From positions 1-54,145 of IMG/VR virus record IMGVR_UViG_3300010366_000002: a stretch of DNA of 54,145 nt. The stretch is one strand, 5' to 3'. Positions 16,625 through 27,735 of the stretch are shown here, one piece after another; position 1 is the stretch's first letter, and each line of letters opens with the position of its first letter. A model generated the notes under the pieces. That model worked only from the letters and a program-made list of their open reading frames with translations, did no database searches and had not been told where the DNA came from. Source of the stretch: a virus (lineage: Duplodnaviria > Caudoviricetes). The translations under genes and the position numbers were made by a program.

Positions 16625-19600
16625 CAGTTCGTACTCGCTATGATTTGCAGGCTACTCGTGTCACTGCTGTAGAGCAGCCCCACCATCAATTCGTGGGCGG
16701 TGTCAAGCGGGCACGTCGTCGGCCCGGACACTGCCGCACTGTTGACAATATTTGCCGCATAGGCAATAGTCTGCGCCGCGACCGTACAACGCAGCCGCAG
16801 CAGGAAGCGATCGCCGTCTACGAGCGTGCCCGAGGTGCCCAGCGTCACGGTGCCAGCAGCGCCTGACATACTCATCTTGCACTGATTCATCGAGCCATTG
16901 CGCGCACAGTTATAGGTCGTACTGCTCGTAATCGTCTGCACGCCCGTGTCCACGAGATACGTCGTGGTGTCGACCCCCAGGGTCCCCGTACCGCCACTCG
17001 TTTTCACAAAGCCATTGCTACTCAGATTCGGCAGCGCCGCAATGGTAGGCGTCGTGATCGTTGGACTGGTCGCCTTCACGTAGCTCCCGGTCCCGGTTAC
17101 CGCCACGCCTTGTACGACCGTGGCACTCGTCCACTCTGCCGCCTGGCCAGCGGTGGGGGTCCCGCTACTCGACACGTTGCCGCCCCCAGCCGGAGTGGCC
17201 CAGGTGGCATCGCCGCGCCAAAAGGTCGTCGCGGTGGCCCCGGTGCCGCTATTCAAGTTCGCCACCGGGAGGTTCCCGGTGACGCCCGTAGAAAGCGGGA
17301 GCCCGGTCGCATTACTCAGCACCGCCGCCGACGGGGTGCCCAGGTTGGGCGTGGTCAAGGTGGGGCTGGTCGCCTTGACATAGCTGCCCGTGCCGGTCAC
17401 CGCCACCCCCTGAATCGTCGTGGCAGTGGTCCATTCGGCGGCCTGGCCACTCGTCGGCGTCGCGACATTGGAGACGTTGCCCCCACCTGCGGGCGTCGTC
17501 CAGGTATTGTCGCCACGCAGAAAGGTCGTACTGGAGGCACCCGTGCCTCCGGCCAGATTCGCGATGGGCAAATTCCCGGTGACGCCCGTACTGAGCGGTA
17601 ACCCCGTGGCATTGGTCAGCACCGCCGCACTCGGCGTGCCGAGATTAGGCGTCGTGAGGGCCGGGCTGGTCGCTTTGACATAGGCGCCGGTGCCGGTGGT
17701 GCCACTCGTATCGACGCCCAGCGTCCCGGCGCCCCCTGAGGTTGTCACCAGGCCATTCGTCGTGAGGTTCGCCAGGGCCGCAATGGTGGGTGTCGTAATG
17801 GCGGGACTGGTCGCCTTCACATAGTTGCCGGTTCCCGTGACAGCAATACCCTGGATAACCGTTGCACTGCTCCACTCTGCCGCTTGTCCGGCGGCCGGCG
17901 TGCCTGTATTGGAGACGTTGCCACCCCCGGCCGGGGTCGCCCAGGTATTGTCGCCACGCCAGAACGTCGTCGCGGACGCCCCGGTGCCGCTATTCAAGTT
18001 GCTCGTAGGCAGATTGCCCGTAACACCCGTCCCCAAGGGGAGGCCCGTAGCATTACTCAGCACCAGCGTACTCGGGGTGCCCAGATTGGGTGTCGTGAGG
18101 GTCGGGCTGGTCGCTTTGACATAGCTCCCCGTCCCGGTGACTGCCACCCCCTGAATGACCGTGGCACTGGTCCATTCCGCCACCTGGCCGGCAGTGGGGG
18201 TGCCACTATTCGACACATTCCCCCCGCCGGCTGGGGTGGCCCAGGTATTGTCGCCACGCAGAAACGTGCTACTAGACGCGCCCGTACCGCCGGCTAAGTT
18301 CGCGATGGGGAGAGTGCCCGTGACGCCGGTTGTAAGCGGCAATCCCGTGGCATTGGTGAGCACCGCCGTGCTCGGCGTGCCCAGATTGGGCGTAGTCAGG
18401 CTAGGGCTGGTCGCCTTGACATAGTTCCCGGTCCCGGTCACCGCCACACCCTGAATCGTCGTTACGGTGACCCATTCCGCCGCCTGCCCGCCGAGGGGGG
18501 TGCCGCTACTCGACACATTGCCCCCGCCGGCGGTAAAACAACTCCCCCCCTTGACGCATAACTCGCCGGGCTCTGCTGGCAGAAAGTGGGCCCAGTTGTT
18601 GGGCATATTATCGGGGGGAATGAGATAGCCCTTGTGGCCCAGGCGGTCCTGCCAGGGCAGATAATTCCCCAGGGTAGCCGCCTGCAGGTTCGAGGCAATG
18701 AGCGTATGGCCGGTGGGATTAATGAGCACATTGCCACTGTCTGCCGCAAAGGCGCCCCCCTGGTTAAATTGCACATCCCCCGTCACCCCCGCCGGGGTGC
18801 CGCCACCGCCGGTCCCCGTGCCGCAGGCCGCACCCGTATCGACCAGATTGAGGTTGGTATCGAGCTGCACACAGTGCCCCGGCGTAAAGGGCCCCTGGCC
18901 GGTCATCAGGGCATGCGACGTGCCGACCAGGGTGGTGTCGATGGGGAAGACGGCATGCGGCGTCTGTTGCGAGTTGTAGGTCAGCACGGCGGTGCCCAAC
19001 CGGGCGGAATACTCGAACAGCCAGACATCTTCGGTAGTGCCGCCAGTCGTGGTCGTGGGCAGCGCGATCCCGGTATTGGCCGTCCAGAAACTGCCCCAGG
19101 TGATGGCCCGAGCCACGGTCGAATGCGCCCGGAAGCGCAGCGGCTGACTCGGACGCACGGCCCCAGTCGGATTGTCGATAAGCGTCGCTTGCTGGAGGTC
19201 GCTGAGCACGAACACATCACAGCTATCGAGATTGACCACCAGTGGCGTCGTCGTCATCGGCTGCGAGCACTGACGCGGGGTGACGCGGGTCTGCGTCACT
19301 TCCTGCACGTCGGTGGTGCCGAGAATCTGTCCCACCGGGGCCGGGCGGGTCGAGACCGCCGCAACACCACCCGTCACCGTTGAGAGGACAAGCCCCGTCG
19401 GCACGGCGCCCAGATTGACCCCCGACGGGAACACCGTCGAGGGCTGCGACAACCACACCGCCGGGCCAACGATGGGCGAAGACAGCACGGGGGCCCGACA
19501 CAGCACCGCACCCGTACTCGATTGCCCATACATCAGGTCTGTGCTCTGCGTACACTGGGAGCCGACAAACCCGGCAAAACCGCCGCTGCCGTTGGCGGCT

Positions 19601-19779
19601 TGCAACGTCCCCACCGGACCAATCGCGCCTGTCCCTCCACCGCCACCCCCGCCCGTCGCCGTGGATGTCGTGACCACGCCACGGGTGCCGGTGGGCGGCA
19701 GACTCCCGTACACCACCGCGGCGTGCGTCGGTGCCGCCATAAGCAGCCAGCAGAGGAGAAGCAGCATGCAGCCCAGCAT
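16624..19779 (-). CDS. Signal-peptide long tail-fibre-like protein with 100-aa repeats
   Basis: [21 protein letters not shown]; G/T-rich repeats with [20 protein letters not shown]. Confidence 0.85.
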   Translation of the reverse strand: MLGCMLLLLCWLLMAAPTHAAVVYGSLPPTGTRGVVTTSTATGGGGGGGTGAIGPVGTLQAANGSGGFAGFVGSQCTQSTDLMYGQSSTGAVLCRAPVLSSPIVGPAVWLSQPSTVFPSGVNLGAVPTGLVLSTVTGGVAAVSTRPAPVGQILGTTDVQEVTQTRVTPRQCSQPMTTTPLVVNLDSCDVFVLSDLQQATLIDNPTGAVRPSQPLRFRAHSTVARAITWGSFWTANTGIALPTTTTGGTTEDVWLFEYSARLGTAVLTYNSQQTPHAVFPIDTTLVGTSHALMTGQGPFTPGHCVQLDTNLNLVDTGAACGTGTGGGGTPAGVTGDVQFNQGGAFAADSGNVLINPTGHTLIASNLQAATLGNYLPWQDRLGHKGYLIPPDNMPNNWAHFLPAEPGELCVKGGSCFTAGGGNVSSSGTPLGGQAAEWVTVTTIQGVAVTGTGNYVKATSPSLTTPNLGTPSTAVLTNATGLPLTTGVTGTLPIANLAGGTGASSSTFLRGDNTWATPAGGGNVSNSGTPTAGQVAEWTSATVIQGVAVTGTGSYVKATSPTLTTPNLGTPSTLVLSNATGLPLGTGVTGNLPTSNLNSGTGASATTFWRGDNTWATPAGGGNVSNTGTPAAGQAAEWSSATVIQGIAVTGTGNYVKATSPAITTPTIAALANLTTNGLVTTSGGAGTLGVDTSGTTGTGAYVKATSPALTTPNLGTPSAAVLTNATGLPLSTGVTGNLPIANLAGGTGASSTTFLRGDNTWTTPAGGGNVSNVATPTSGQAAEWTTATTIQGVAVTGTGSYVKATSPTLTTPNLGTPSAAVLSNATGLPLSTGVTGNLPVANLNSGTGATATTFWRGDATWATPAGGGNVSSSGTPTAGQAAEWTSATVVQGVAVTGTGSYVKATSPTITTPTIAALPNLSSNGFVKTSGGTGTLGVDTTTYLVDTGVQTITSSTTYNCARNGSMNQCKMSMSGAAGTVTLGTSGTLVDGDRFLLRLRCTVAAQTIAYAANIVNSAAVSGPTTCPLDTAHELMVGLLYSSDTSSLQIIASTN
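16960..18531 (-). repeat. Five ~300-bp coding repeats in the fibre gene
   Basis: AGGGNVS units start at 18531, 18231, 17931, 17490, 17190 (spacing 300, 300, 441, 300). Confidence 0.9.
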
Positions 19780-20249
19780 CAGGGAATGCCCTCAATCGTC
19801 ACTACGATGGTATCCGCGCCCGTGGTGCGGAGACACCACCACGCCTCGCGTCCTTCGGTGCCCAGAAGGATTTGCTCGCCAGCGTTGAGCAGGAGCCCGA
19901 CGGTCGACGTTGGCGTCCCCTGCGGCTTCGGCAGGCAGCGTATGGGGGCCAGGCCTTTGTTCCACAGGAGGCGACTGCACGCGGCAGCATTGACCGTTAA
20001 CACGTCCACCGGATTGACACTCACGAGGATATCACTGCCAGCGCCAACGGTACTCACCAGTGTCCTGGTCGGGGTACACACTTGCACCGTCTGGGCGCTT
20101 GCCTCCATGGGCCCACTGCCACCCCCGCGACTGCCTCCCCGCACGTACGGCAGCAGCCACCAGGCAACCAGCATTGGTAAGACCACAAACAGGATGAGGA
20201 CGGAGGCGCCCAGGCGGGCCCTGACAGGATGGAGACGGTGATTGCTCAT
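19779..20249 (-). CDS. N-terminal TM/signal protein with 4-Cys beta domain; paralog of 43927-44343
   Basis: [10 protein letters not shown]...[22 protein letters not shown] aligns with TPSATVGLTI...QAWSCIRQGGTDSSVTVGEDLP. Confidence 0.75.
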   Translation of the reverse strand: MSNHRLHPVRARLGASVLILFVVLPMLVAWWLLPYVRGGSRGGGSGPMEASAQTVQVCTPTRTLVSTVGAGSDILVSVNPVDVLTVNAAACSRLLWNKGLAPIRCLPKPQGTPTSTVGLLLNAGEQILLGTEGREAWWCLRTTGADTIVVTIEGIP

Positions 20250-20257
20250 GATAGGTC

Positions 20258-20286
20258 TTGCATTCCTCTATTAACGGTAATATAAT
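20258..20286 (+). promoter_or_regulatory. sigma70-type promoter of moron
   Basis: TTGCAT-17 nt-TATAAT. Confidence 0.8.
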
Positions 20287-20331
20287 TATTGACGATATTA
20301 TTCACCCACACCACCTGAGAGGAGGTCGCGT

Positions 20332-20583
20332 ATGTCAACCACAGCTTTTATCCTCTGGTGTATCCTCTATTTCATGCTGCTTGCCATTCTGGAGAAACTC
20401 GATGCCGCTGTCCAGCCGCCACGGCTACCGCGGGTACCAGCGCCCCCAATATGCACAATCGGCTCGTGGAAGATTGGCCCGTGGACCTACATCCTGCTCC
20501 TCCTCGGCCTGCCTCTCGGGTGCCTCTACCTCCTTGACGCGATCATACACAGGCTCATCCCTGCGGTCCTGAGTCTGTTTTAA
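20332..20583 (+). CDS. Small 2-TM membrane protein (moron; superinfection-exclusion candidate)
   Basis: GGAGG RBS; two hydrophobic segments; antisense to the late operon. Confidence 0.7.
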   Translation: MSTTAFILWCILYFMLLAILEKLDAAVQPPRLPRVPAPPICTIGSWKIGPWTYILLLLGLPLGCLYLLDAIIHRLIPAVLSLF

Positions 20584-20645
20584 CACTGTGGCACATCTTC
20601 AGGAGACCGTTCCCTTAACGGCGTCATATATACAGGAGGTCGCGT

Positions 20646-20717
20646 ATGACTTTCGTAATAATCTTCGTACTGTATTTTCTCTTTTGTATCTGGTGCCTTG
20701 TTTTCGATAACTTCTAA
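20646..20717 (+). CDS. 23-aa hydrophobic peptide MTFVIIFVLYFLFCIWCLVFDNF
   Basis: Same 14-nt initiation region GGAGGTCGCGTATG as the 20332 gene. Confidence 0.6.
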   Translation: MTFVIIFVLYFLFCIWCLVFDNF

Positions 20718-20725
20718 GGCAACGG

Positions 20726-23698
20726 CTACTCCTCGATACGCTGACGCCCCGCCTCATTCCCAAGGACTTCCGCCGTCCAGGCCGGGAGCTTCTGGCCTAA
20801 CTGATTGACCATCTGCGCCCACTGGGGTGAGTTCGGCGGCAGGCGGGAGGCGGCCAGCAGAAAATCCCGGCCGCCGGGCGTCATTAAGAGCGCTTTTGCC
20901 GCACGCCCTGCAGCAATTTCTGTTAGCAGAGCCCCGCCAGACCACACGGCGCCCGCAAGGGGGCCTCCGGTCGCCGTACCCGTAATCGCCGCCCCTATGG
21001 GCGCCAGCCGCCGTAAGAGAGTGCCCGTCCGCATCCCGGTTGGCGGATATTCGGCATACTGGCCAGCACGCTCAAAATGCCGCATGAGATTGACAAACCC
21101 GTTAATTTCAAATTGCCCTTGCTGACCCTGGGGAAACACGACCCCTGTCACTTTGCCCAGGCGATCGATATTGCCAACAAACTTGTCTGGCGAAAACATC
21201 TGTCCCCCCGCAGCTGGGCGCAAGGCAGGATTGGGACCATCAGAGAGGGCCTGCGTAATCACTTCTGCCCGTGCGGCGGCCTGGCCTTTCGTGTCCAGAG
21301 CGTTATACCATTCCTTGGCCGCTTCCGCCTGGCGCGGCTTAAACATCGTTCCGGTCAGCTGATCCGTGGGAATATTCTCCATACTTTGCACCAGGTCCCG
21401 TTGTCGAACATAGCGCGGGTAAAAGGCATCAGCGGCCCGTTGCGCCGCGGCGACGTCAGGACGTCCACTTTGCAGTGCAAACTGCCGCATGTCAGTATCA
21501 ATGGCCTCTTTCACCGTCTGTAAGAGCTTCGCTCCATACGTATTGCGCATCGCTGGCTCTTCCAACATGGTCCCTAAATCGTTACTGAGTTGATCCATAT
21601 TGCGGTACGGATTCGGCCCGGTACGCATAACCGGTGGTGCCATGGAAGGATTCCAATACGGGACATTGGCCGGCCGGCTGGGAGGTTCTGGGCGTGGCTC
21701 CAGCCGATCTAAGATATTTTCAATCTGTCGGATCACACGGGTTTTTCCCTGAAACGTCACAGCCGAATCCTGCAACCGATCCAACGCCGTATAGGCCTGA
21801 GCAATCGTGCGCGGCGCCGGAACATTGCCTAATGGATCTGCAAGCACTGCGACTTCGCCATATAGACGGTTTTTGGTGCCTTTTAACGCTTGCATATTCA
21901 GAGTGGCGGAGGCTTGCAGAATCCGTCCAGGGTCATCCCCCGCTTGCCGAGCCATCTCGACAGCCCGTTGCGCGCCTTTATCCCCCATTGACGCCAGCCG
22001 CATGACGTCTGGGAGGGCATCATAGGAGGCCTGCCCCATCTCCCCCACATAATGCTGGCGAAACTGTTGCACAGCGTTTTGGAGGTCTTGTTGTTGCCCG
22101 GCACGGACTTCCCCGGCGCCAGACAGTGGCCATTTTTCCAGATCAACTTCCGTTCTCCAGACCCCAGGGGCTTCCATCTTGCCCCGCACATCGGCATAGG
22201 TAGGCTGTACGCCATGGGCCGATGCCAGGTCAAGCAACTCCCTGTCCTCTGGCCGTGTAAAAAACCCCTGCGCACGATTCACCGCTTTATTAATGCCCCA
22301 CATGAGCGGCCGTGCCAGGCCATATTCCACCACCGGCGCCGCAATGGCCCCAGTCGCCATCTGGCTAGCTTTTTGCTGGGCAAACGGATCACCTTCGACG
22401 CCAGGCGTTGTAGTCGTCTCGAGAACTGGCTGCAAGGCTGAGACCGCCGCCCCAGTCACTGCACTACGGGCTAATCCCGCTACCGTTGGCCGGACCAACG
22501 ACCCCGTCGCCTGTGCAGCCCCACCACCTGGAAGCGGGAACAGTCCCTGCCCCACCAGGCTGCCAATATCCCACATACTGGCCTGCCCCGTGGCTGGATC
22601 AACGTTCGCCCCTTTGAGGATATTCTGCTGATAGTTCGCCTCATGCACTTTGAGTTGAAGGTCATGAAAGGCCACATCGGCGTCATTGTACAAGCCGACA
22701 TCACGTAAACCCCGCGTCGTTGACTGCCAGGCCCCTAGAGGGATTTGTGCCAACCCATGCACCACACCGCCCAATGTGGCGGTTTTCGTCCCAGGAATGA
22801 CCGACGTGCCCGCCACTTTCGCAAAGGCCGAGTTGGGATCACTGACGAGCGAGCTAAAGGCCCCTTTCTGATACAGTTTGGCTTGCTGAATGAGTGCCGG
22901 ATCATAGCCAAACGCCCGCGCAATTTCTTCATCACTCATGCCAGGCGTGAGCTTGACACTCGCCGGCGGCGGCCCCTGCGGGACTAAAGCACCAACTTCG
23001 GTCCCAATGGACACTGGTCCCACTGGCTCTAAGGGCTTCATAGCGCCGATCGCCGTCTGCATCTCTGGCGTAGGCTGTGCCACGGGCACGGGTGGCTGGC
23101 CGCCAGGTGCCCCGGATGGCGGTACCTTCCCCTGAATACCGATCATCGGGGCCCCTGCATACTTCTCTGGCGTAGGCTGTCCCTCAGTCACCGGTGGTTG
23201 CCCTTCGGGAGCTCCGGGTGGATTCGTCAACACCTGACGGCGAATCACGTCCCAATCTGGCCCGGCCAGTTCTTGCTGCGTCAGGCCCGTACGGTGGAAG
23301 GGATATTTCGCCATGACACGTTGTGCATACCCGGTATCCTTTGGATCACCATAGCGCGCCAGGGCTTGCGGGATGTTGCCACCGGCATCTTCCAGCAATT
23401 TGCCCAGATGGCTGAGCCCTGCATGCGTACTGATATAGGGATCCGTGCGCGTCGCTGGCGTCTGGCCATATTGTCCGCCCGTTTCATTCGTCACCTGAAA
23501 CAAGCCAGTCACATCCGTAGGGCTGACGGCCTGAGGGCGAAAATTGGACTCGGTTTCGGCCACCGCCAGCGCCAGAGCCGGGTCGACGCCATAACGCGGG
23601 GCCTGCGTGATAATATGCTGACGCAAGGCGGCATACGTCCCCGGCGTACTGGCATCAAGCACATCTTGTCTGACGCTATCCCAATTGACTTCGCCCAC
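20726..23698 (-). CDS. Ejection/internal virion protein with N-terminal lytic transglycosylase (SLT) domain
   Basis: GVDPALALAVAETESNFRPQAVS...GLFQV; position equivalent to P22 gp16. Confidence 0.8.
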   Translation of the reverse strand: MGEVNWDSVRQDVLDASTPGTYAALRQHIITQAPRYGVDPALALAVAETESNFRPQAVSPTDVTGLFQVTNETGGQYGQTPATRTDPYISTHAGLSHLGKLLEDAGGNIPQALARYGDPKDTGYAQRVMAKYPFHRTGLTQQELAGPDWDVIRRQVLTNPPGAPEGQPPVTEGQPTPEKYAGAPMIGIQGKVPPSGAPGGQPPVPVAQPTPEMQTAIGAMKPLEPVGPVSIGTEVGALVPQGPPPASVKLTPGMSDEEIARAFGYDPALIQQAKLYQKGAFSSLVSDPNSAFAKVAGTSVIPGTKTATLGGVVHGLAQIPLGAWQSTTRGLRDVGLYNDADVAFHDLQLKVHEANYQQNILKGANVDPATGQASMWDIGSLVGQGLFPLPGGGAAQATGSLVRPTVAGLARSAVTGAAVSALQPVLETTTTPGVEGDPFAQQKASQMATGAIAAPVVEYGLARPLMWGINKAVNRAQGFFTRPEDRELLDLASAHGVQPTYADVRGKMEAPGVWRTEVDLEKWPLSGAGEVRAGQQQDLQNAVQQFRQHYVGEMGQASYDALPDVMRLASMGDKGAQRAVEMARQAGDDPGRILQASATLNMQALKGTKNRLYGEVAVLADPLGNVPAPRTIAQAYTALDRLQDSAVTFQGKTRVIRQIENILDRLEPRPEPPSRPANVPYWNPSMAPPVMRTGPNPYRNMDQLSNDLGTMLEEPAMRNTYGAKLLQTVKEAIDTDMRQFALQSGRPDVAAAQRAADAFYPRYVRQRDLVQSMENIPTDQLTGTMFKPRQAEAAKEWYNALDTKGQAAARAEVITQALSDGPNPALRPAAGGQMFSPDKFVGNIDRLGKVTGVVFPQGQQGQFEINGFVNLMRHFERAGQYAEYPPTGMRTGTLLRRLAPIGAAITGTATGGPLAGAVWSGGALLTEIAAGRAAKALLMTPGGRDFLLAASRLPPNSPQWAQMVNQLGQKLPAWTAEVLGNEAGRQRIEE

Positions 23699-23701
23699 GG
23701 C

Positions 23702-25591
23702 CTACGGCCCTTTCCGATATCCACGCACCCGTAAACGTTCCAGGAGCTGAGCTTCGTTGATGCCTTGCGCTTTCGCGTCATCGAGCATTTTTTGATACTC
23801 CGCCGCAGGAACCGGAATCAGCGGTTGCTGTGGACGGCCTTGCAGCCGCCCTGTCCCCCGGCGCCCTTCTCCTGGTGGCTGGGTTGGCACATTCGCCCGA
23901 ATATCTGGGGCCGCAATCTCAGGCCGCACATTGGGATACCCGGCTGACTGTTCCCGCGCCACCGCCAACTGGCGCTCATAGGTTTGTTCATGCGCTTTAT
24001 ACAGTGCGGTACTCTGGTCTATCAATTGCCGCCGCTGCTCTGGGTCCAAGACACCGCCCGCTGTCACCCGGTCCCAGGCCTGTTTAAAACGTTGCCCCAG
24101 TGTGCCAATTTGTTCAGGTGTCAGCGGCGAATTGAGCCGCGCCGTTTCTGGATTACTCAAATGCGCAAACCCATAGAGCAAGGACAGATCGGCAGCATTG
24201 CGGTTTTTGGCGGCGGCAGCTCCTGACGACGCTTGCACCTGATTGTACGCGGTCCGCACACTTTGAAAGGGTTGAAAGTTCCGTTCATTCTCGGCCCGTA
24301 ACGCCCGTTCCTGCTCTGATTGAAACTTCACCGCCGCAATATCCCGGATGGGCTCACCGCCTGGCCCTGTCAGCGGTTGTGCCGTACTGGGCACCGTCGT
24401 TGCCCCGGCTCCACCGCCAGAGGGAGGCACATTGGCCCCAGGATACACAGGCTCCTTTTGACGGTATCCGTATATGTCCGTCCCATAGCCCGTTTGGCGT
24501 AACCGTTCACGTGCCACCAGGGCTTCTTCCGCGGCCGGCGTCAGCCCTCCACCGACACTCCCCGGTGCATAGGGCGACGGCGCGCCTGGCGGCAGATACT
24601 TATACGTAAACTGAGGCCCGGCCGTGGTGTCGGTCCTGACCAGTTCCCCGCTTTTACGGATTTCAGCGAAACGATCCGTCATATTCTTCATCGCGTCATT
24701 GGCCCGGCCCCAGGCTGCTATTTGTTGCTCCCCCCGTGTCTTAGCATCCATGGCCTGGGCCGCCAGGGCTCCGACCATCTGCGGGTTGTACTGCTCCGGC
24801 CACTGCTGCGCCCCCGGAATCCCCCGTGCGACTGCCACAGCACGGGCCTGTTGCCAAGCCGCCGGGCGTTCGGCCTCGGGTCGCGACATGACCGCATCCG
24901 CGATTTGGGCCATCGCATTGTTGGCAGCGAGAGCAAAGTCTAACTGCCCCTTTTGCTGCTCCATCAGATGTTGATCCATCTTCATGAAGCGGTCGATAAT
25001 CGGTCCGACCACCTCGGGATGCCCCTGCATATACATCCGGTCATAGAGCTGCCGCTGCCGCTGTACGTCGGCCATGATGTCGCGCTGCGGCTGCGTCTGG
25101 GCCTGCGCCTGCGGCTGCGTCTGGGCTTGCGGTGCGGCTTGCGGCGGGGCCTGCGGTGGGGCTGGCGCCGGCATGGGGGCAGAGGGCACACTGGCCGGGC
25201 CAGGCGCCAGCCCCAGATCTGCCTGGTAGGGACTGAGCTGCCCAGGGTCAAAACTCGGCTGTGCCCCCGGCCCTGGCGTCTGCACGCTCGCCACCGGAGG
25301 CGGTGCGGCTGGAGTCGCTGGCGCCGACGTACCGCCCTGTGCCCCTAGAGGCTGCGCCCCACCGTTCTGCCCACTGCGGTAGGCGAGGAGTTGCGCAAAC
25401 GCGCCCTGGGGATCTTGCAGATTGCGGTACGTCTGCATCTTATACGCGAGGTCACCCATCTGCAGCTGGCGCAGGGCATTCTGGCTCTGCAGATTCTGGA
25501 GTTGGGCGACGGTGAGCAGCATCTGGCTCGGATCCGTACCCTGAAACTGCGGTGGGCGGACCTGCAAACTTATGTCTGGTTGCAACGGCAT
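23702..25591 (-). CDS. Ejection/DNA transfer protein (P22 gp20 position)
   Basis: Q/A/P-rich 629 aa between the other ejection genes. Confidence 0.65.
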   Translation of the reverse strand: MPLQPDISLQVRPPQFQGTDPSQMLLTVAQLQNLQSQNALRQLQMGDLAYKMQTYRNLQDPQGAFAQLLAYRSGQNGGAQPLGAQGGTSAPATPAAPPPVASVQTPGPGAQPSFDPGQLSPYQADLGLAPGPASVPSAPMPAPAPPQAPPQAAPQAQTQPQAQAQTQPQRDIMADVQRQRQLYDRMYMQGHPEVVGPIIDRFMKMDQHLMEQQKGQLDFALAANNAMAQIADAVMSRPEAERPAAWQQARAVAVARGIPGAQQWPEQYNPQMVGALAAQAMDAKTRGEQQIAAWGRANDAMKNMTDRFAEIRKSGELVRTDTTAGPQFTYKYLPPGAPSPYAPGSVGGGLTPAAEEALVARERLRQTGYGTDIYGYRQKEPVYPGANVPPSGGGAGATTVPSTAQPLTGPGGEPIRDIAAVKFQSEQERALRAENERNFQPFQSVRTAYNQVQASSGAAAAKNRNAADLSLLYGFAHLSNPETARLNSPLTPEQIGTLGQRFKQAWDRVTAGGVLDPEQRRQLIDQSTALYKAHEQTYERQLAVAREQSAGYPNVRPEIAAPDIRANVPTQPPGEGRRGTGRLQGRPQQPLIPVPAAEYQKMLDDAKAQGINEAQLLERLRVRGYRKGP

Positions 25592-25603
25592 AGCACGGTC
25601 CTT

Positions 25604-27526
25604 TTAAATAGCATAACCACCACCATAGCCACCGCTATAGCTCCCACCGCCCCCATAGCCGCCATACCCGCCATACCCGCCGAAACCTCGTCCCTGCCCG
25701 AGCACATACTGCCGTAACAGATCATAGTTAAAATAGCCCTGCGCGGCGTTGCCGATACCCTGCAACCCGCCCAGCCAGGCATTGGCCGCACCGACGCGGC
25801 CCGCGGCCTGGGCCGCGCCCGCACTGGTGAGGTTCGCTGCTTGCTGCGCCGCCGTCTGACCGCCTAATTGACCGGTGGCCCCGAGCGACGTCTGCCCGAT
25901 CCCCGCCAGATTCGCCAACTCATTATACTGCATATTCCTGAGCCCGCTCTGGGTGGCGAGATTGGTGGTATATTGACTCAGACGCCGCTGTTGATCCGTC
26001 TCGTTCGCCGTCTGCGCGAGTTCATACTGCCGCTGCGTTTCCCCCAGGGCCCGCTGATAGAGATCGGCATTGGCTTGATAGGCCCGCTGGTAATTCATCT
26101 GGTTCAGACCCAGGGCCCGCTGATACGCTGCGCCGTATTCCTGGGACGCCATTTGTTGCCCAAAATCCTGGGCGGCTTTAAGTTGTCCCCCCGATACCAG
26201 TGTGCCCTGGGCGGCAGCACTGCGCTCCAAGGCCTTTTGTCCTTGCTGCACGCGGAAGGCATAGCCGGGATCGTCTTGCAGCACTTGCTGCCCGGTCGTC
26301 GGCGTAAAGGCATACTGCCCAGGCGAGAGCGGCTGGAACTGCGCCGCTTGCGCCGCCGTCATGCCCCCGTCTCCTCCAGGACCTCCAGCACCTCCAGCAG
26401 CTCCAGCAGCACCAGCTCCTCCAGGACCTCCAACCCCGCTACTAAGCCAGGGGGCATTCGGGGTAAAGGCATACGCGGAGGGATCAAGCGTCGGCGTGCG
26501 CTGAAAATTCGGATAGGTAAGCGGATTCATGGTCAGCGGGATGAGCTGGCCCAGACCATAGTACCCGGCTTCACGGTACGGGCCCTGATCCGCCCGCTGT
26601 TGCTGGTACATCTGCCACAGCGTCTGATTGGCTTGATTGGCCGCCTGGGCCTGGATATTGGCCGCATCCCGTGCGGCAGACGCCGACATGCCGGCGCCAA
26701 TCAGGCCGCCGATGGTTTGAATGCCCGTGGCGGCCAGTGGGCCGTAGCCGCCCAACAGGCCGCTGCCTCCGGCACCCAGCAAGGAGCCCAATACCCCCCC
26801 ACCGCCCGTGGCTGGTGTCAGAGTCCCCAGCGTCGCCGCAGTGACGTCTGGTGCCAACGTGCTGATCGGAATGCCCGCCGCTAGGGCCCCGGCCCCGGCC
26901 CCGGCCCCGGCCTCGGCCCCTCCTGCGGCCCCGGCCCCGACCCCGGCCGCCAGTTCTCCGGCCCCGGCTCCGGCCGCCGGGGCACCCCCTAAGTACCCAT
27001 ACGCCGCCGGAATGCCATACCCCGCTAACAGCCCGCCTGCCGCCACCAGCCCGATCCCGGCCAGCGAGCCCCAGACCGGCCCAAGCCCGAACAGCCCGCC
27101 CTGCTCCTGGGGATACGACACGGACGTCGGGCCGCCCGTCGCTGGGTCAATCTTGGTTAAATCCCAGCCCCTACCTCCGACATCGTTCCTGGCCGCAGTC
27201 GGATGATAATAGGTGCCAATCACATTGCCCTGGGCATCAATGCGCTCAAGCCCGCCCCCACCGCCTGGCGTCTGGCTGATATCCTGCCCAGGCGTATAGG
27301 AGGCATCGCGGTACCACGCCTGCCCCGGAGCATTGGGATCTTCTGTCGTCCATTCGCCGCCCGGCCCACGCGGGTCCGTATTGAGGTTCTGGGGCTGCGC
27401 CGGGACCCGCTGAAAGCCTCGATCCGTGGTAATATACCAACCGATGCCGGCATTGTCGGTATACTCCGGCCAGTACTTTTTACCATCATCGGTGTGATAC
27501 CACCCAGAGGGATCATAATACGGCAT
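25604..27526 (-). CDS. Ejection/DNA transfer protein (P22 gp7-like)
   Basis: G/A-rich; DPGYAFRVQQGQKALERSAAAQG; AAQAAGRVGAANAW. Confidence 0.75.
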   Translation of the reverse strand: MPYYDPSGWYHTDDGKKYWPEYTDNAGIGWYITTDRGFQRVPAQPQNLNTDPRGPGGEWTTEDPNAPGQAWYRDASYTPGQDISQTPGGGGGLERIDAQGNVIGTYYHPTAARNDVGGRGWDLTKIDPATGGPTSVSYPQEQGGLFGLGPVWGSLAGIGLVAAGGLLAGYGIPAAYGYLGGAPAAGAGAGELAAGVGAGAAGGAEAGAGAGAGALAAGIPISTLAPDVTAATLGTLTPATGGGGVLGSLLGAGGSGLLGGYGPLAATGIQTIGGLIGAGMSASAARDAANIQAQAANQANQTLWQMYQQQRADQGPYREAGYYGLGQLIPLTMNPLTYPNFQRTPTLDPSAYAFTPNAPWLSSGVGGPGGAGAAGAAGGAGGPGGDGGMTAAQAAQFQPLSPGQYAFTPTTGQQVLQDDPGYAFRVQQGQKALERSAAAQGTLVSGGQLKAAQDFGQQMASQEYGAAYQRALGLNQMNYQRAYQANADLYQRALGETQRQYELAQTANETDQQRRLSQYTTNLATQSGLRNMQYNELANLAGIGQTSLGATGQLGGQTAAQQAANLTSAGAAQAAGRVGAANAWLGGLQGIGNAAQGYFNYDLLRQYVLGQGRGFGGYGGYGGYGGGGSYSGGYGGGYAI

Positions 27527-27735
27527 TAGGTCACCTGCTCAGTGGTTACGTGGGGAACTGGGCGCGCCTCAAGCGCCGTGACTCTGGTCTCCAGATCACG
27601 GATAAACCGCACCAACCCCTCGAAAAACTGAGTCGTGCTCACGCTCACCTGCCCCCGGCTAAAGTCCAGCGCCATACTTTGCACGGTTGCTGCCGTGTAG
27701 GGAACCACTGGAACACTCAAGGTCTCGTCTCCCAC
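27526..27735 (-). CDS. Small hypothetical protein
   Basis: Coupled to downstream gene; RDLETRVTALE coiled coil. Confidence 0.55.
   Translation of the reverse strand: MGDETLSVPVVPYTAATVQSMALDFSRGQVSVSTTQFFEGLVRFIRDLETRVTALEARPVPHVTTEQVT

Noticed and set aside
16960-18531. Fibre repeats as a diversity-generating retroelement
   Set aside because: No reverse transcriptase; differences are mostly synonymous and not adenine-specific
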